32,000 nt of DNA from Candidatus Methanoperedens sp. (lineage in GTDB: Archaea; Halobacteriota; Methanosarcinia; Methanosarcinales; Methanoperedenaceae). Numbering within the stretch: the stretch's first letter is position 1; every line of letters starts with the position of its first letter. Under the pieces are notes generated by a model that saw only the letters and a list, made by a program, of their open reading frames with translations, made no database searches and was not told where the DNA came from. The position numbers and the translations under genes are program-made. The stretch covers positions 60,001-92,000 of the forward strand of contig JAPZAR010000007.1 of the NCBI GenBank assembly GCA_027460535.1. Reading direction: 5' to 3'. This document shows positions 7,765 to 16,728 of this stretch, piece after piece.

Positions 7765-7968
7765 ATGACAGTATCTTCATGGTGGAAATCAAGACGTGAA
7801 ATACTGACCAGTATAGCAAAACCTAAAGCTACAAGAGCTAAAATCAAAAAAGGTAAAGCAAAAAAAGTAATCGAAAAGAAGAAAGCTGTAAAGACAAGAA
7901 AGGTAATTAAAATGAAGAAAGCAACGAAATCAACCAAGGCAACAAAGGCAAAAAAGAAGTCAAGATAA
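7765..7968 (+). CDS. Small, extremely lysine-rich basic protein (67 aa), possibly nucleic-acid binding
   Basis: GGAGG lies 7 nt upstream of the ATG and an AT-rich TATA-containing region lies upstream. 23 Lys and 5 Arg of 67 residues (my count), in AKK/KKK/TKATKAKKK repeats resembling histone H1 tails. A candidate terminator follows. Confidence 0.55.
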   Translation: MTVSSWWKSRREILTSIAKPKATRAKIKKGKAKKVIEKKKAVKTRKVIKMKKATKSTKATKAKKKSR

Positions 7969-8007
7969 GGTTTAATTAATTCACATTGCCTACACTTTTT
8001 AGAAATT

Positions 8008-8034
8008 ACAGCATTGCTGTTATTTTTTATTTTT
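8008..8034 (+). terminator. Candidate terminator (hairpin plus T-rich tract) after the lysine-rich gene
   Basis: ACAGC (8008-8012) pairs with GCTGT (8016-8020), followed by TATTTTTTATTTTT (8021-8034). Confidence 0.4.
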
Positions 8035-8330
8035 ACAAAAAGATGAAATCCTCTACGAGGATTATACCTGGAATGCATATTTAAATAATGAGAATTTTAC
8101 ACACTTTGTGCAATTTCGCCAATTATCTGTTCCCAGAAATTCATTACGACCCGTAAACACATGCAGGAACTTGAAAACCGTTTGAATATTTGATACATCA
8201 ATATTGTAGAAAGTGATAATTAAGCTGAATCTTTGGGATATTTTTTGCCTGATGAATTCCTCAAGAAACTCGCAACGATGGTTTAATGTGATTTTTATTA
8301 CAGATATCAATGATAAATCTCATCCTAATT

Positions 8331-9125
8331 TTAGGAGATTTTTAGAGCCTGATCAATCTTTAAACGCTCGAAAATATCAGAAAAAATCAATACAATACCA
8401 ATAACGCGATTCCTATCATCTTTGATTGTTGAACCGATAATATCAACAGGTATTTTCAATCCTTCTTTTGTTATCAATAGCGTATTATCAGCCAGACCGT
8501 AGAAAATATCTTCTCTGATTGCTTTCATTATAGGATTCTCTATCTTTTCGTCCGTTCCCTCGTTTATGACATTGAAGACGGTTGTCAGAGGTTTCCCCAA
8601 GGAATCTTCCCGTTTCCAACTAGTTAGTGCCTCTGCAAAAGGGTTCATAAATTTTATGATTCCTTTTTCATCCGTTGCGATCACAGCCTCGCCCAGATTT
8701 CTAAGGATTGCAGCAAGCCATTGCTCGCTCTCTTTTAATTCTCTTTCCATCTTATGCTTGTAGAGAGCTATTTCAATATTGATCTGCAATTCCCTTTCAT
8801 CGAATGGTTTAAGGATATAGCCAAATGGCTCTGTTATTTTTGCCCGTTCAAGTATTATTTTATCTGAATAAGCAGTGAGATACACAACCGGAATATTGAA
8901 AACGGAACGTATTTGCTTTGCAGCCGCTATCCCATCCATTTCTCCCCGGAGCATAATATCCATCAGCACTAAATCCGGAATATCCTCTTCCACCTTTTTT
9001 ATAGCCTCTTCCCCTGATGATACTATCCCAAGAACCATATACCCCATATCCTGCAGACTTTCTCTTATGTCCTCCGCAGTAATAATTTCATCTTCCACAA
9101 TCAATATTCTTTTTTCTGCCATCAT
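8331..9125 (-). CDS. Response regulator: CheY-like receiver plus PAS domain
   Basis: 'KRILIVEDEIITAEDI...DLVLMDIMLRGEMDG...LTAYSD...KPF' is a canonical receiver with phospho-acceptor Asp. The C-terminal half 'EQWLAAILRNLGEAVIATDEKGIIKFMNPFAEALTSW' is a PAS fold. ATGA overlap with the upstream kinase gene. Confidence 0.9.
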   Translation of the reverse strand: MMAEKRILIVEDEIITAEDIRESLQDMGYMVLGIVSSGEEAIKKVEEDIPDLVLMDIMLRGEMDGIAAAKQIRSVFNIPVVYLTAYSDKIILERAKITEPFGYILKPFDERELQINIEIALYKHKMERELKESEQWLAAILRNLGEAVIATDEKGIIKFMNPFAEALTSWKREDSLGKPLTTVFNVINEGTDEKIENPIMKAIREDIFYGLADNTLLITKEGLKIPVDIIGSTIKDDRNRVIGIVLIFSDIFERLKIDQALKIS

Positions 9126-12100
9126 TTCATTTCCTTAAATTTAATCTTAAATTTGGTCCCTTTGATTCGATTCAGGTTTATCTCGCCATGAAGCTGATTT
9201 TCTGCCAGCATTGTAACAAGGTGCAAACCCAGCGATTTTGTTCTTTTAAAATCCACATCTTCAGGAATACCTATGCCATTATCAGCTACTACCAGTTCAA
9301 TTGCCTTTTTATAAGGTGAACGGAGAGATATCTTAATTTCACCTTTCCTGCCTTCTGGAAATGCATATTTCAAAGAGTTGGTAACGAGTTCGTTGATAAT
9401 CAGCCCGCAAGGAATCGCGGAATCGATACCCAATGAAGTTTTCTTAACATCTATATTTAGTGCTATGTTTCCTTTATTGGCTCCATAGGACTGAAACAGA
9501 TCTTTTACCATATCCCCTACGTACTCCTTGAAATCAATTCGCGCCAGGTTTTTGGATTGATAAAGTTTCTCGTGGACAAGAGACATTGACTTGATCCTGC
9601 TCTGGCTTTCCTTAAACATCTCACGGTACTCTTCCTCCTTTATATATCTGGACTGAAGCCTCAGCAGGCTTGTGATAATCTGCATATTATTTTTCACCCG
9701 GTGGTAGACTTCCCTGAGGAGCACTTCTTTTTCTCTGAGGGATTTTTCTATTTGCTCTTCTGCTTTTTTGCGTTCTGTGATATCATGAGCAATTCCAGTC
9801 GTACCTATGACCTCACCCTCATCGTTATAAATCGGGGTTTTGATCGTCTCCACCCACGTCTTTTTGCCTTCAATATTTGTTAAAGGCTCTTCCAGCTGTT
9901 TTTGTTTTCCTGATTCCATGACGTCTCTATCATCATCCCTGTATTTTTCTGCCAAATCCTTCGGCCATAAATCAAGATCAGTTTTGCCGACCAACTCTTC
10001 AGGACTCACTCCGCACGAGGCCGCGAAAGCTTCATTCGCTGCTATATATCTGCTCTCCTTATCTTTCAACCAGGCCATATCAGGTATGTTATTGAGAATC
10101 GCTTTTTGCTGGCGATCCCTCTTCCGCAGTTCCTCCTCTGCCCTTTTTCGCTGGGTGATGTCCCTGCCAAAACTCACCGATCCTACAACATTTCCTTTTG
10201 AATAAATTGGAGCTGTATTTACTGAAAGAATTAGTATACTGCCATCTATCTTTTTAATAGATACCTCATACTGCTGAGGTTGACCACTCATTGTTTTGTG
10301 GAATACTTCAATAGCGTTGGGCAAATCATCTTCAATGATAAGTGGAATGAAAGACTTAGCTTTCCAATCCTCCAATCTATGCCCGCTCATCTCTTCAGAG
10401 CGTTTGTTAAAGAACTGGAAATTGCCTTCTGGATCCAGAATCCAGATCATATCGTTGGAATATTCTATTATATTACGGTATTGCTCCTCACGTTCTCGCA
10501 ACGCCTCTTCGATCAGCATGCGCTCTGTAATATCACGTATAATATCTCTTGAACCTATGATTTTATCTCCCTCTTTAATAGCGGATGAGCTTACTTCGAC
10601 GTCAATAAGTCGCCCATCTTTTGTGCGGGCTTTCCCGACAAACTTTTCATACGATCCTTCTTTAATTAATTTATTGAATTCAATTTCAGATATGGGGATT
10701 TGTTCCGCCGGGATAATGTCAAATACAGTCATATTCAGCATTTCATCCCTGGTGTAACCCAACATCTCCTCTGTCTTTTTATTGACATCCTTATACTTCA
10801 GATCAGAATCTATTATGCATATCACATCATTTGCATTCTCGAACAGATCCCTGTATTTTTCCTCTGAATGCTTCAGTCTGGCCTCGGACTGTTTCCATTC
10901 TGTGATGTCCTGGACTGTTCCAAACATTTTTATGGGTTTACCTGAATCATCAAAAAATACTTCACCCTTTGCGCGCACAATACGCTCTATGCCGTCGGAC
11001 CGTATTATGCGCATATCAATGTCGTAAGATTTTTTCATATTTAATGCATCATCAATGGATTTTTTGACAAATTCCCGGTCATCAGGATGAACCGTATCCA
11101 GGAATTTTTCGACTGATGGACTAAATTCCATCTGGGAGAATCCAAAAATTCGATAGTTTTCAGGAGACCAATATAATTCATTTGTTTGCAGGTTCCAATC
11201 CCAATTCCCTATACTCGCTACTCTCTGGGTCTCTGAAAGGCGGTCTTCGCTCCGCTTAAGTAATACTTCCACATGCCTGCGTTCAGTGATGTCCTCAAAA
11301 GTTGTACATACCTTGTTGGGTTTGTCTTCTCCAGGTATGAATTGCGGTATAGAATGAACATTGATCCACCTGGATTCTTCTTTTTCAGGATCAAAGACGC
11401 CCATGACCACGTTCTTGACTTCTTTTCCGGTCTTCAGGGCAATCATGGCATGGTGAGTTTCTCCCGTGAAATCCGAGCCGTCTTCATGGATCGCCTTCCA
11501 CCGAGGATCCATTGGTGTTCTGCCCTGCATCTGATTGAGCGTTAGACCTAACATCCTTTGAGCAGCGGGATTTGCAGAGGTTATCTCTCCATCAGCATTT
11601 TGGCAGACGACCCCCTGCACCATTGTATCAAAAAGTGTTCGATATTTTTCTTCCGATTCTTTAAGTTCTTCGCCCACTTTCTTGAACATCAGTGCATTCA
11701 CAAAAATTTTGCTTACCATTTTGAGCAATCGAATGTCATCTTCCAGCCAGGTTTTCTCTCTCCTTATCGAATCAAATCTTAGAAATCCAATTGAAGAGTT
11801 GCCATAGACCATAGGAACGATTATGAGGGATTTAATCCCTTGAATTTGAAAACTTTTTTTTTCAGCACGTGCCTTAGCCGGCAGTTCGATCAGACTCGGA
11901 ACATGAATTGTCTCAAATTTCTTTATCTTCTTAATAGACCATGGAAAATCATCTGTTAATAATCCCTTGAGGTTCTGCATTTGCCGTCCTATGCCTTTTG
12001 CACACCACTCATGAGTATTATCCATTTTTTTCCCGTTATCGTAAAATTGGAATACACAACTTCGATCAACCTCTGCAAAATTTCCTATTATTTTCAGGCT

Positions 12101-12349
12101 TCTGTTGATACCAATGTTTATTTTGTCAGAAGGCAGGTTCATAAAGCTTGTTGAAATACTGGTGATGAACTTCTCCATAGCTATCCGGTGTTGCAGGATC
12201 TTTTCAACTATCTTGAGCTCTTTTTCTGATTTTTCTAATTGCGCAACCCTTTGGCTAAGTTCAGCAAAATTATTTGCCTGGGTTTTTGACTCTTTTTTCA
12301 CCCAGTCGACCTGAGATGTCAGAAATTTCCTCTCGGATAATCTTTCCAT
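9122..12349 (-). CDS. Multi-domain sensor histidine kinase (coiled coil, GAF, multiple PAS/PAC, HisKA_2-type dimerisation domain, HATPase)
   Basis: 1075 aa. It has repeated PAS S-box signatures (e.g. 'YRTLFDTMVQGVV', 'YRDLFENANDVICI', 'YRNIIEYSNDMIWI', 'AILNNIPDMAWLKD'). H-box 'EVYHRVKNNMQIITSLLRLQ' (HisKA_2/HWE-like). ATPase N-box 'NELVTNSLKYAF' and G-box 'DNGIGIP'. Confidence 0.9.
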   Translation of the reverse strand: MERLSERKFLTSQVDWVKKESKTQANNFAELSQRVAQLEKSEKELKIVEKILQHRIAMEKFITSISTSFMNLPSDKINIGINRSLKIIGNFAEVDRSCVFQFYDNGKKMDNTHEWCAKGIGRQMQNLKGLLTDDFPWSIKKIKKFETIHVPSLIELPAKARAEKKSFQIQGIKSLIIVPMVYGNSSIGFLRFDSIRREKTWLEDDIRLLKMVSKIFVNALMFKKVGEELKESEEKYRTLFDTMVQGVVCQNADGEITSANPAAQRMLGLTLNQMQGRTPMDPRWKAIHEDGSDFTGETHHAMIALKTGKEVKNVVMGVFDPEKEESRWINVHSIPQFIPGEDKPNKVCTTFEDITERRHVEVLLKRSEDRLSETQRVASIGNWDWNLQTNELYWSPENYRIFGFSQMEFSPSVEKFLDTVHPDDREFVKKSIDDALNMKKSYDIDMRIIRSDGIERIVRAKGEVFFDDSGKPIKMFGTVQDITEWKQSEARLKHSEEKYRDLFENANDVICIIDSDLKYKDVNKKTEEMLGYTRDEMLNMTVFDIIPAEQIPISEIEFNKLIKEGSYEKFVGKARTKDGRLIDVEVSSSAIKEGDKIIGSRDIIRDITERMLIEEALREREEQYRNIIEYSNDMIWILDPEGNFQFFNKRSEEMSGHRLEDWKAKSFIPLIIEDDLPNAIEVFHKTMSGQPQQYEVSIKKIDGSILILSVNTAPIYSKGNVVGSVSFGRDITQRKRAEEELRKRDRQQKAILNNIPDMAWLKDKESRYIAANEAFAASCGVSPEELVGKTDLDLWPKDLAEKYRDDDRDVMESGKQKQLEEPLTNIEGKKTWVETIKTPIYNDEGEVIGTTGIAHDITERKKAEEQIEKSLREKEVLLREVYHRVKNNMQIITSLLRLQSRYIKEEEYREMFKESQSRIKSMSLVHEKLYQSKNLARIDFKEYVGDMVKDLFQSYGANKGNIALNIDVKKTSLGIDSAIPCGLIINELVTNSLKYAFPEGRKGEIKISLRSPYKKAIELVVADNGIGIPEDVDFKRTKSLGLHLVTMLAENQLHGEINLNRIKGTKFKIKFKEMK

Positions 12350-12722
12350 TTGTTTTCCCGAATCAATTTCAATATTTGTGACGAACCCTCAATGTTATTA
12401 TCATTAGTATCCAGATTCCATATAACTTAAATATATATGAACTTAATTCTTTAAACTAAGACCAGGTTCATTGAAACTTAAATGGTTCAATTATCTTGAC
12501 CTAGAAAGCGTAACTCTTATGGGTATTGGCTGGATATACAATACCCCCTCTAATTGAATATGGTTGTTTTGGATCGCCTGTAAAAGAATCAGAAATCTGT
12601 CGTCTGCAATCCCATATGTGACAGAATTAATGCAGTTCCGTCGGTTTGCTTGCTCTCTATTTTTTATAAAAGCGCAAATATCATAACACATCCTTATATC
12701 CTCGTGCGCCGTAGCGCATGAC

Positions 12723-13487
12723 ATGGCAAGCTACAAGGTGATGGTAAAAGATGTTATAAAGAAAGCCGATATCCTTCTTGAGGTCGTAGATGCCAGGTTT
12801 CCCGACGAGACGCGAAACAGCGAAGTGGAGCGGGACATAGCGCGTTCAAAGAAGCCTTTCATAATAGTCCTTAACAAATGCGATCTTGTATCAAAGGAAA
12901 CTATTGAGAAAACCAAAATCCGCCTGTCAAAAATTGCACCCACGGTCTTTGTGTCCAGCAAGGAAAGGTTCGGTACAACAATGTTAAGGCACAAAATACT
13001 TGAAATCGCAGGCATAAAAGGACGCAACATACTGGTGGGTTCACTTGGCTATCCCAACACGGGCAAATCATCGGTGATCAATGGGGTGGCGGGGAAACAC
13101 AAAGCCGGCACATCCCCGATATCCGGCCACACAAAAGGAGTTCAACTTGTTGATGCAGGTTCGCGAATCATGTTCATAGATACCCCCGGAGTGATACCTT
13201 TTGGCGAGAATGACCAGTATTTACAGGGCCTTCTTTCTATAAAAAGTGCATCACACCTGGAGGATCCCGTCGGCGTGGCCATGAAGATAATAGAGAAAAT
13301 GTGCGCTGAAAACAAAAGTGCTCTGGAATCGTTCTATCATGTCGCAATAGAAGGACAGAATTCTTATGATGTCCTTGAACTCATAGGCAAACAGAGTAAC
13401 TTCCTGAAGAAGAAAGGCGAAGTGGATGAAACAAGGGCAGCTATCAAGATAATCAATGACTGGCAAAGAGGGTTGCTTATGATCTAG
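12723..13487 (+). CDS. Circularly permuted GTPase of the YlqF/YawG (RbgA-like) family, ribosome-biogenesis type
   Basis: The G4 motif 'NKCDL' precedes G1 'GYPNTGKSS' and G3 'DTPG', the hallmark permuted order of this family. 254 aa. Confidence 0.8.
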   Translation: MASYKVMVKDVIKKADILLEVVDARFPDETRNSEVERDIARSKKPFIIVLNKCDLVSKETIEKTKIRLSKIAPTVFVSSKERFGTTMLRHKILEIAGIKGRNILVGSLGYPNTGKSSVINGVAGKHKAGTSPISGHTKGVQLVDAGSRIMFIDTPGVIPFGENDQYLQGLLSIKSASHLEDPVGVAMKIIEKMCAENKSALESFYHVAIEGQNSYDVLELIGKQSNFLKKKGEVDETRAAIKIINDWQRGLLMI

Positions 13488-13651
13488 GCAGAGAATTTCT
13501 GGCTATGAATTTCATATTATTCAAAAAATTGGCATCGGGGCATGAGTTATTATCCATTATTGATTGTTCTAATGCATATTAACAAGAACTTTTATTTCCC
13601 AAATAGATTTATGATTCTTCAAAAAGAGTTCAGTAAAGTGGAATATCAGCA

Positions 13652-14038
13652 ATGGATAAAACGAAACAGCTTCGGTATAATCCCAAACTCTTCGGTTTAT
13701 TAGGTTTAATCCTGATAGCAGTTCCAATGCTTTTCTTCTTTTTTGCCGGATTGCCTAACGCGGAAGTTAAGGAGACTCAATACGCTAACGGCAGCAAGAC
13801 TATTGTTACAGGAACAGTCTGGGAGGGAGCATTTAATCCAGTTTTCCTGTTCTTTGTTTTTTGTGCATCTATAGCTGCATTAGGATGTTATCGGAGCGTT
13901 CTTATGGCATGGATTGGAAGCCTTTTGGTTCTCACTTTATCGATACTCGGACTTTTTAGTGTCGGGCTATTTGCTTTTCCAGGGACTGTACTCCTTTTAT
14001 TAGGTGCTGTGTTAAAAACACTTAAAAAGAGCACATAG
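13652..14038 (+). CDS. Small integral membrane protein (128 aa, about 4 TM)
   Basis: The ORF is dominated by hydrophobic helices (LFGLLGLILIAVPMLFFFFAG, VFLFFVFCASIAALG, WIGSLLVLTLSILGLFSVGLFAFPGTVLLLLGAVL). No family recognised. Confidence 0.55.
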   Translation: MDKTKQLRYNPKLFGLLGLILIAVPMLFFFFAGLPNAEVKETQYANGSKTIVTGTVWEGAFNPVFLFFVFCASIAALGCYRSVLMAWIGSLLVLTLSILGLFSVGLFAFPGTVLLLLGAVLKTLKKST

Positions 14039-14630
14039 GGAAAAATTTACATATTTCATATATTTTTTGTAAAACTAGTGCCTTTGTTTTTAGTTGTTAC
14101 CATGAATCAAGACGTTCTTACGATGCAAATAATGCCCAATGTCTGCAGTCACCGATCGCCCTTCTAAGAACGGGGCATCCGGAGAATGTTCATGGATTTG
14201 GGATTTCAATATGTTTACTTGAACTCTGTTTTAATTCAAGCGCAAATATGCAAGTTCATGAAGATTGTAGGACTATAAAGGTTATGGTTCTAGCAACCTA
14301 TGAGAGCATGAGGCAGTGGGTAATGACCTTTTCCATTCTTCCATTTTTTGTTTTGTCTATTGCCAATAGGAAGGGGCACAATTTTCAACTTGAAATCAAC
14401 TCAGAAATTTCTGTTATTTTTTAACGATAGACCGCTTTGATAAAGAGAAACTGCCTCTACAATGTGTTTTTTCTGAAAACGTCTTCTTAGAAATCCATCA
14501 TCTGGAGAAAATTTTGAAGATATTTAAATATATCCCTTTAAATTGACAATATCTGGGAATATGAGGTTTTGCGGAAGTTTATTTTAGGATTTCAAGCCGT
14601 AATGTCAGGTTTGCCTGAGGCTCAGATGTG

Positions 14631-15368
14631 TTACTTTTTCGCTAATTCCTTAACAAGTTTGTAGGCATCATAAATATTCCATATCCAAACTAAGAGCAAT
14701 AATAAAAATAGAATGGCTGGCTCATCAGAATTCGGGTCTGTCACAACGCCATATACGAACACGTAAACCAAAAAAATATTCAATACAAAAATCACTATCC
14801 CTCTTCCCCCTCTGCCGCAATATATTTGACCAATACCCGGAATCAGGAAACTTAGAAAAGCGGCAAGAGTACCACTTTTTTTCTGCACTTCCTTTTGATA
14901 CTTGACCTCTTCATCCTCCTCGGCTTTGAGTCCAACCTCCTGCAAAAGCTCCTGCTCTGTTACATGATTCTTTAGACTCTCAGCTTCAGTTCTATATTGT
15001 TCACATAACTCCTTGTATCGAGCTTCAGTTATCTCGCCCTGCGCAAGCCTTTCATCCAATTTATCAAGAAGAGCATTGATTTTACCGAGCCTATCTTTAT
15101 GAAATTTAATATCATCTGAGTTTTCCAATTCTTCAGAATTGCTATTCGCCTCCTGAATCATTATATTATATTTCATCATCCCACCAAACTTTACATGATA
15201 TTTTTTCTTGCCCACGGAAACCATTTCTATATGATCCCTTCCAAATGGTCGTATTAAAAACTTGGATAGTAGCTCTTCACCGTCCAATTTTATTTTTGCA
15301 ATATTTGTCAATTGAGAATAATCGACTTCAAGTGTATGCATTCCTATTTTTTTTTCAACTTTTGGCAT
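14631..15368 (-). CDS. Envelope-cluster protein A: cytoplasmic N-domain, SHOCT-like helix, C-terminal TM2-like two-helix membrane anchor
   Basis: 'LAQGEITEARYKELCEQY' matches the SHOCT pattern (L..G.IT..EY). The C-terminus 'FLIPGIGQIYCGRGGRGIVIF...LLVWIWNIYDAYKL' matches the GxGQxYxG...W..DA pattern of TM2-like small membrane domains. No signal peptide. Confidence 0.65.
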   Translation of the reverse strand: MPKVEKKIGMHTLEVDYSQLTNIAKIKLDGEELLSKFLIRPFGRDHIEMVSVGKKKYHVKFGGMMKYNIMIQEANSNSEELENSDDIKFHKDRLGKINALLDKLDERLAQGEITEARYKELCEQYRTEAESLKNHVTEQELLQEVGLKAEEDEEVKYQKEVQKKSGTLAAFLSFLIPGIGQIYCGRGGRGIVIFVLNIFLVYVFVYGVVTDPNSDEPAILFLLLLLVWIWNIYDAYKLVKELAKK

Positions 15369-15411
15369 TTTTTAACTTGATATCTTCCCGGTAATTCCTT
15401 TTACCATCGGT

Positions 15412-16728
15412 TTAAAGCCCAACCTCTTTCATAAGCTCTTTTTCTGTTATCATATTCTTCAGTTTCTCAGCCTCGTTTCCGTATTGCTCAGATAATTCTG
15501 TGTACCTGGCTTCTGTTATTTCACCTTGAGCAAGCTTTTCATCCAGTTTTTCAAGAAGTGCATTGATTTTATTGAGCTTTTCCTTTTGCTTTTTTAATTC
15601 GTCAATAGTCCCTTGGGGTTTTTCGGGAATAGCAGGATGCGGGACTGGCATGGGTGCAGGAGTTGGTATGAAGGCAGATGTTGTGGATTTCTTGCAGTGT
15701 GGACATTGGGTTAATGTTTCTAATTTTTCTTTTCCACAATATTTACATAATTCAAGATTTGCTTTTGGTCTTGCTATAAGATATATTAACAGACCAACTA
15801 AAAATAAGAAGAATGCTGCAATTCCCCACAGGATTCCGCTTTTTCCCCGCTTATTGGCATCTCTGACGATCCAGATTATAATATATATCCAGATAATAAA
15901 TAATATTAAACTGAAACTGAACGCCATAATGATTGGATCAGTTGAACTTTCTTGTACTGGTGTGAATGCTGGTCTGCCCTTTGCCTCTACGATAATCTTA
16001 AGCACCGTGACGCCTGTAACAGGTTTACAGGTTTCTCCGGTTTGGTATCCACAGCCCCATGTCCAGATAAGATCATAATAACCAGGTTCTTGATTTATTG
16101 GAGCCCTTATCGTATAGTATTTTTGAGGGTTCTCTCCCGGGCCAATTTCACCGAAATCTATGCGTCTTGGTGTGACCCATGATGCTGCATTACCCGAAGC
16201 GTCAGCCCAGGCATACAACCCATGTTCATCACTCCTGGCTGAAAAAGATAAATAATCATTTAATTCATCTCCCTGCGCCACTGTAAGAGATTTATACTCA
16301 CTAGGGGATGTTGTTGGTGCGGACTCCACTTCTACAGTGATTTGAAGCACTGTATCACTTATGGACGTGCAGGTCGTTCCATCCGTATATTTGCAGCTAT
16401 ATTTCCAGATCAACTCGTAATAGCCGGGTTTTTGACTCCTGGGAACACTTATCGTATACTCCCGTTCAATTCTTTCTCCAGGATCGATTGGACCGAAATC
16501 TATGCGTCTTGGTGTGGCCCATGATGCTGCATTACCCGAAGCGTCAGCCGCGGCAAATAAGCGCTTATATGCCCCTGTAAAACTGGTAGTCTGGGTTAGT
16601 TCTTCTCCCGGTGTTAAAGTAAGAGATACGTAATTATGCTCAATAGCTGAAGCTGTGTTAGTTAGGAAAATAAAAAAAATAACCAGAATAACGTATTGTA
16701 TTCTACTCGTAATATTTTCCTTTTTCAT
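15412..16728 (-). CDS. Envelope-cluster protein B: signal peptide, 2 tandem Cys-pair beta-sandwich-like repeats, PLDc_N-like 2-TM hairpin, zinc ribbon, SHOCT
   Basis: N-terminal 'VILVIFFIFLTNTASA' signal. Two repeats of about 114 aa, each with 'DASGNAASW.TPRRIDFG' and a Cys pair. 'IIWIVRDANKRGKSGILWGIAAFFLFLVGLLIYLIARP' resembles the PLDc_N membrane hairpin. 'CKYCGKEKLETLTQCPHCKK' is a CxxC..CxxC ribbon. The C-terminal 'LAQGEITEARYTELSEQY' is SHOCT-like. Confidence 0.7.
   Translation of the reverse strand: MKKENITSRIQYVILVIFFIFLTNTASAIEHNYVSLTLTPGEELTQTTSFTGAYKRLFAAADASGNAASWATPRRIDFGPIDPGERIEREYTISVPRSQKPGYYELIWKYSCKYTDGTTCTSISDTVLQITVEVESAPTTSPSEYKSLTVAQGDELNDYLSFSARSDEHGLYAWADASGNAASWVTPRRIDFGEIGPGENPQKYYTIRAPINQEPGYYDLIWTWGCGYQTGETCKPVTGVTVLKIIVEAKGRPAFTPVQESSTDPIIMAFSFSLILFIIWIYIIIWIVRDANKRGKSGILWGIAAFFLFLVGLLIYLIARPKANLELCKYCGKEKLETLTQCPHCKKSTTSAFIPTPAPMPVPHPAIPEKPQGTIDELKKQKEKLNKINALLEKLDEKLAQGEITEARYTELSEQYGNEAEKLKNMITEKELMKEVGL

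Noticed and set aside
7746-8078. 110-aa minus-strand ORF antisense to the lysine-rich gene
   Set aside because: Its Phe/Leu-rich sequence is the mirror image of the AAA/AAG-rich sense strand. The plus-strand gene has the RBS, promoter and terminator.
8062-8404. Small ORFs 8062-8310 (-) and 8213-8404 (+) downstream of the response regulator
   Set aside because: AT-rich region with no motifs. The plus-strand ORF overlaps the response-regulator 3' end antisense. They cannot be supported as genes.
9701-12314. Numerous plus-strand ORFs (9701, 9840, 10280, 10296, 10782, 11273, 11558, 12105) inside the histidine kinase gene
   Set aside because: All are antisense to a 1075-aa ORF with clear PAS, HisKA_2 and HATPase motifs. 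Their translations are Ser/Phe/Leu-rich antisense artefacts.
12491-12724. 77-aa minus-strand ORF in the divergent promoter region between the kinase and the GTPase
   Set aside because: No motif. It overlaps the probable GTPase promoter (TTTTTATAAAA around 12661-12672). Likely spurious.
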